Below, in pieces: positions 62,422 through 64,000 of a stretch of DNA of 64,000 bases. The notes under the pieces are model-generated. The model saw only the letters and a list, made by a program, of their open reading frames with translations, had not been told where the DNA came from and searched no databases. This DNA comes from a virus (Duplodnaviria > Caudoviricetes). Numbering within the stretch: the stretch's first letter is position 1; each line of letters opens with the position of its first letter. The translations under genes were made by a program, and so were the position numbers. The DNA lies in the IMG/VR virus record IMGVR_UViG_3300046725_000049, positions 5,088 through 69,087 of that record; one strand, written 5' to 3'.

Positions 62422-62970
62422 ATGACCCACTCCAAGCTGTCCCGCCTGTTGACCGAAGCCGTCCGCCGTGGGCCGGACCCCACCGCCGGCATCATCAACC
62501 GGCTCTCCCGCAGAACCAAGGACTGCGTCTATGACTACCTACGCAATTACGCCGTCGCACTGACTCGGGGAGAGCCGGACGACAGTGCCTCCGTGTTGGA
62601 CTACCGGGCGCACGCCCGTACCGCCATCGACATGCTCACCCGCGCCGTGGCCGCCATCGACCCCACCAACCGCGCGCCCAGCAAGCTGGCCGTTGATCTG
62701 GCGCTGGTCGGCGACCCCTCGCACGTCACGTTCGACCCCCCGGGTAGGGCGCTGATGGTCGCCGTGGCGCCCGAGGACCGCGCCGACGCCGCCGAGCGCG
62801 CGATCCTGGCGATGGTGGCCCGCCGCCGGCAACTGGAGTCCACCGGCAGCGTTGCGGAGAAGGCGGGGGCTGACCTGATGCTCATCGACGCGCTGGGAGT
62901 CACCTACGTTGACGCGGTCAATCTGATGAAGGAGCTAGTGGCCGAGCCGGCTCCCGTGCGGGACCGGTAA
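62422..62970 (+). CDS. Hypothetical protein
   Basis: RBS GAGAGGAG; 182 aa. Confidence 0.7.
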   Translation: MTHSKLSRLLTEAVRRGPDPTAGIINRLSRRTKDCVYDYLRNYAVALTRGEPDDSASVLDYRAHARTAIDMLTRAVAAIDPTNRAPSKLAVDLALVGDPSHVTFDPPGRALMVAVAPEDRADAAERAILAMVARRRQLESTGSVAEKAGADLMLIDALGVTYVDAVNLMKELVAEPAPVRDR

Positions 62971-63011
62971 CCGTTCGCCGGGAAACTCGTTGATCGCATC
63001 ATGCGGGGGCC

Positions 63012-63389
63012 TCAGCGAACACGGCGGTTGCGCTTCCTCCCGATCCCGAGCTTGTCCGCCTGCGCGGCGGCAGCCTCGATACTGATCCGACCTTGCTGGA
63101 TGGAGTCGTGCAGCCCAGGTCCGGCATGGGAAATCATCCATAGGAATCGACGTCGGCCTCGGTTGGTCTTGATCTCCTCGGCCCAGACACGGGCCTGTCC
63201 GTTACCCCCCATGCCGATCCCAACGAGTGGGATGGCTGCAAAGTAATGGGGTTTCCCAGTAGGGATCAGAGAGTGCGTAGCTCCCGGCGGAACGCCGGTA
63301 ACCACACCCTCGGTCGTCGAGTCCGATCCCTCGGAAGGTAGACACTCGACCTTGCTGCCGGGGCAAACCCCGGCAAGTATCCGAGCCAT
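63012..63389 (-). CDS. Hypothetical protein
   Basis: 125 aa from ATG 63389 (PGSKVE...GVVTG); atypical codon usage. Confidence 0.4.
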   Translation of the reverse strand: MARILAGVCPGSKVECLPSEGSDSTTEGVVTGVPPGATHSLIPTGKPHYFAAIPLVGIGMGGNGQARVWAEEIKTNRGRRRFLWMISHAGPGLHDSIQQGRISIEAAAAQADKLGIGRKRNRRVR

Positions 63390-63639
63390 GGGGCAGCCGT
63401 GTAAAGGCGTACCCGGAGCGGCCAGGGTCTTGAGCCCTGCGTGCAGGCAACCGTATGGGATGTGTCTGTGCCTCGACCACCATGGCGTACCCCCGGTCAC
63501 GGGGCCAGTGGCTAATGACCACGAGCCTCCTGGCGCAAAGCCAGGCGGTGATGGCCCGGAAGCGACGGACCTATGCGGTCAGTCTTGAGTCTTCTCTCCC
63601 TCAAGGGGAAGACTCTGCGCCCCTTAGCTATCACCCGTT

Positions 63640-63671
63640 AGATGAGGTGTTGATGAGATATCACCTCATCT
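63640..63671. repeat. 10-bp inverted repeat (operator or terminator)
   Basis: AGATGAGGTG-N12-CACCTCATCT in an AT-richer intergenic region. Confidence 0.6.
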
Positions 63672-63736
63672 GGGACTGAATGGAGGACTCTGCCCAGAGG
63701 AGCTGGGTTACAGGCGGGTAGGAACCGGAGGCTGGG

Positions 63737-64000
63737 TCAGGGCACTCGGGTGCTACCGAGGTGTTGTTGGATACGCCCATCGAGGACGGCGTTAGCCAGC
63801 TTGTCCGCGTGCTTGTTCTGGTCGCGGGGAACCCAGGTGTAGGTGATCTTCTGGAATCTCCGGGCGAGTTGTTTGGCCCGTTGGTGCAGCGGCTTCAGGT
63901 TGGGGTGCTTGACTTTCCAGGCGCCGTTCATCTGCCGGACGATGAGATCGGAGTCCAGTCGCACCTCAACGACTGTGGCGTCTTTCCCACGTGCGGCTTC
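63737..64000 (-). CDS. rnhA: RNase HI-family protein, C-terminal part (5' end beyond window)
   Basis: VRLDSDLIVRQMNGAWKVKHPNL...WVPRDQNKHADKLAN; frame open to base 64000. Confidence 0.9.
   Translation of the reverse strand, partial: EAARGKDATVVEVRLDSDLIVRQMNGAWKVKHPNLKPLHQRAKQLARRFQKITYTWVPRDQNKHADKLANAVLDGRIQQHLGSTRVP

Larger units (their letters stand above)
1..64000. mobile_element. Temperate siphovirus genome segment (actinomycete host), extends beyond both window ends
   Basis: Ordered head-neck-tail operon, replication genes, tyrosine integrase and attP; no host housekeeping operons seen. Confidence 0.95.

Noticed and set aside
1-64000. CRISPR array, rRNA, complete tRNA, reverse transcriptase (retron/DGR) or transposase
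   Set aside because: No regularly spaced repeat-spacer run, rRNA-like sequence, full cloverleaf, YxDD RT motif or DDE transposase was recognised

Overview
The whole window is one high-GC temperate siphovirus genome, probably infecting a filamentous actinomycete. That host call is inferred from BldC-, WhiG/FliA-, Lsr2- and Methyltransf_19-like genes and actinobacterial fascin-like repeats. 1-30.3 kb is the virion operon on the + strand: portal end, MuF, a 1302-aa kinase/ART-like protein with a small partner, Mu-like protease, decoration protein, major capsid, fibre-like genes, neck, tail tube, chaperone with a GGGAAAG -1 frameshift, tape measure, Dit, minor tails, two glycosyltransferases and a holin. 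30.8-52 kb holds replication and regulation genes: SNF2 with a class-3-type intein, two sigma factors, dcd, DnaB, a primase zinc finger, BldC, Lsr2, delta- and delta'-like clamp-loader subunits and RNA-repair-like enzymes, interrupted by a minus-strand MazEF/Uma2 cassette. 52-58 kb is an accessory island (Imm1, secreted trypsin, XRE-TPR regulator, methyltransferase, YefM-YoeB). 58-61 kb is the integration module, with an excisionase-like gene flanked by 45-bp inverted repeats, a tyrosine integrase and an apparently intact attP carrying the 3' half of a CAT-anticodon tRNA. The best leads are (i) a phage sigma-28/WhiG-like factor with matching CCGATA(G/A) elements in front of structural genes, alongside a near-host-like BldC; (ii) the kinase+ART-like head-operon protein with a coupled 93-aa partner; and (iii) a candidate invertible switch containing the excisionase. 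All family calls come from motif recognition by eye. No database search was run, and reference sequences quoted are from memory.
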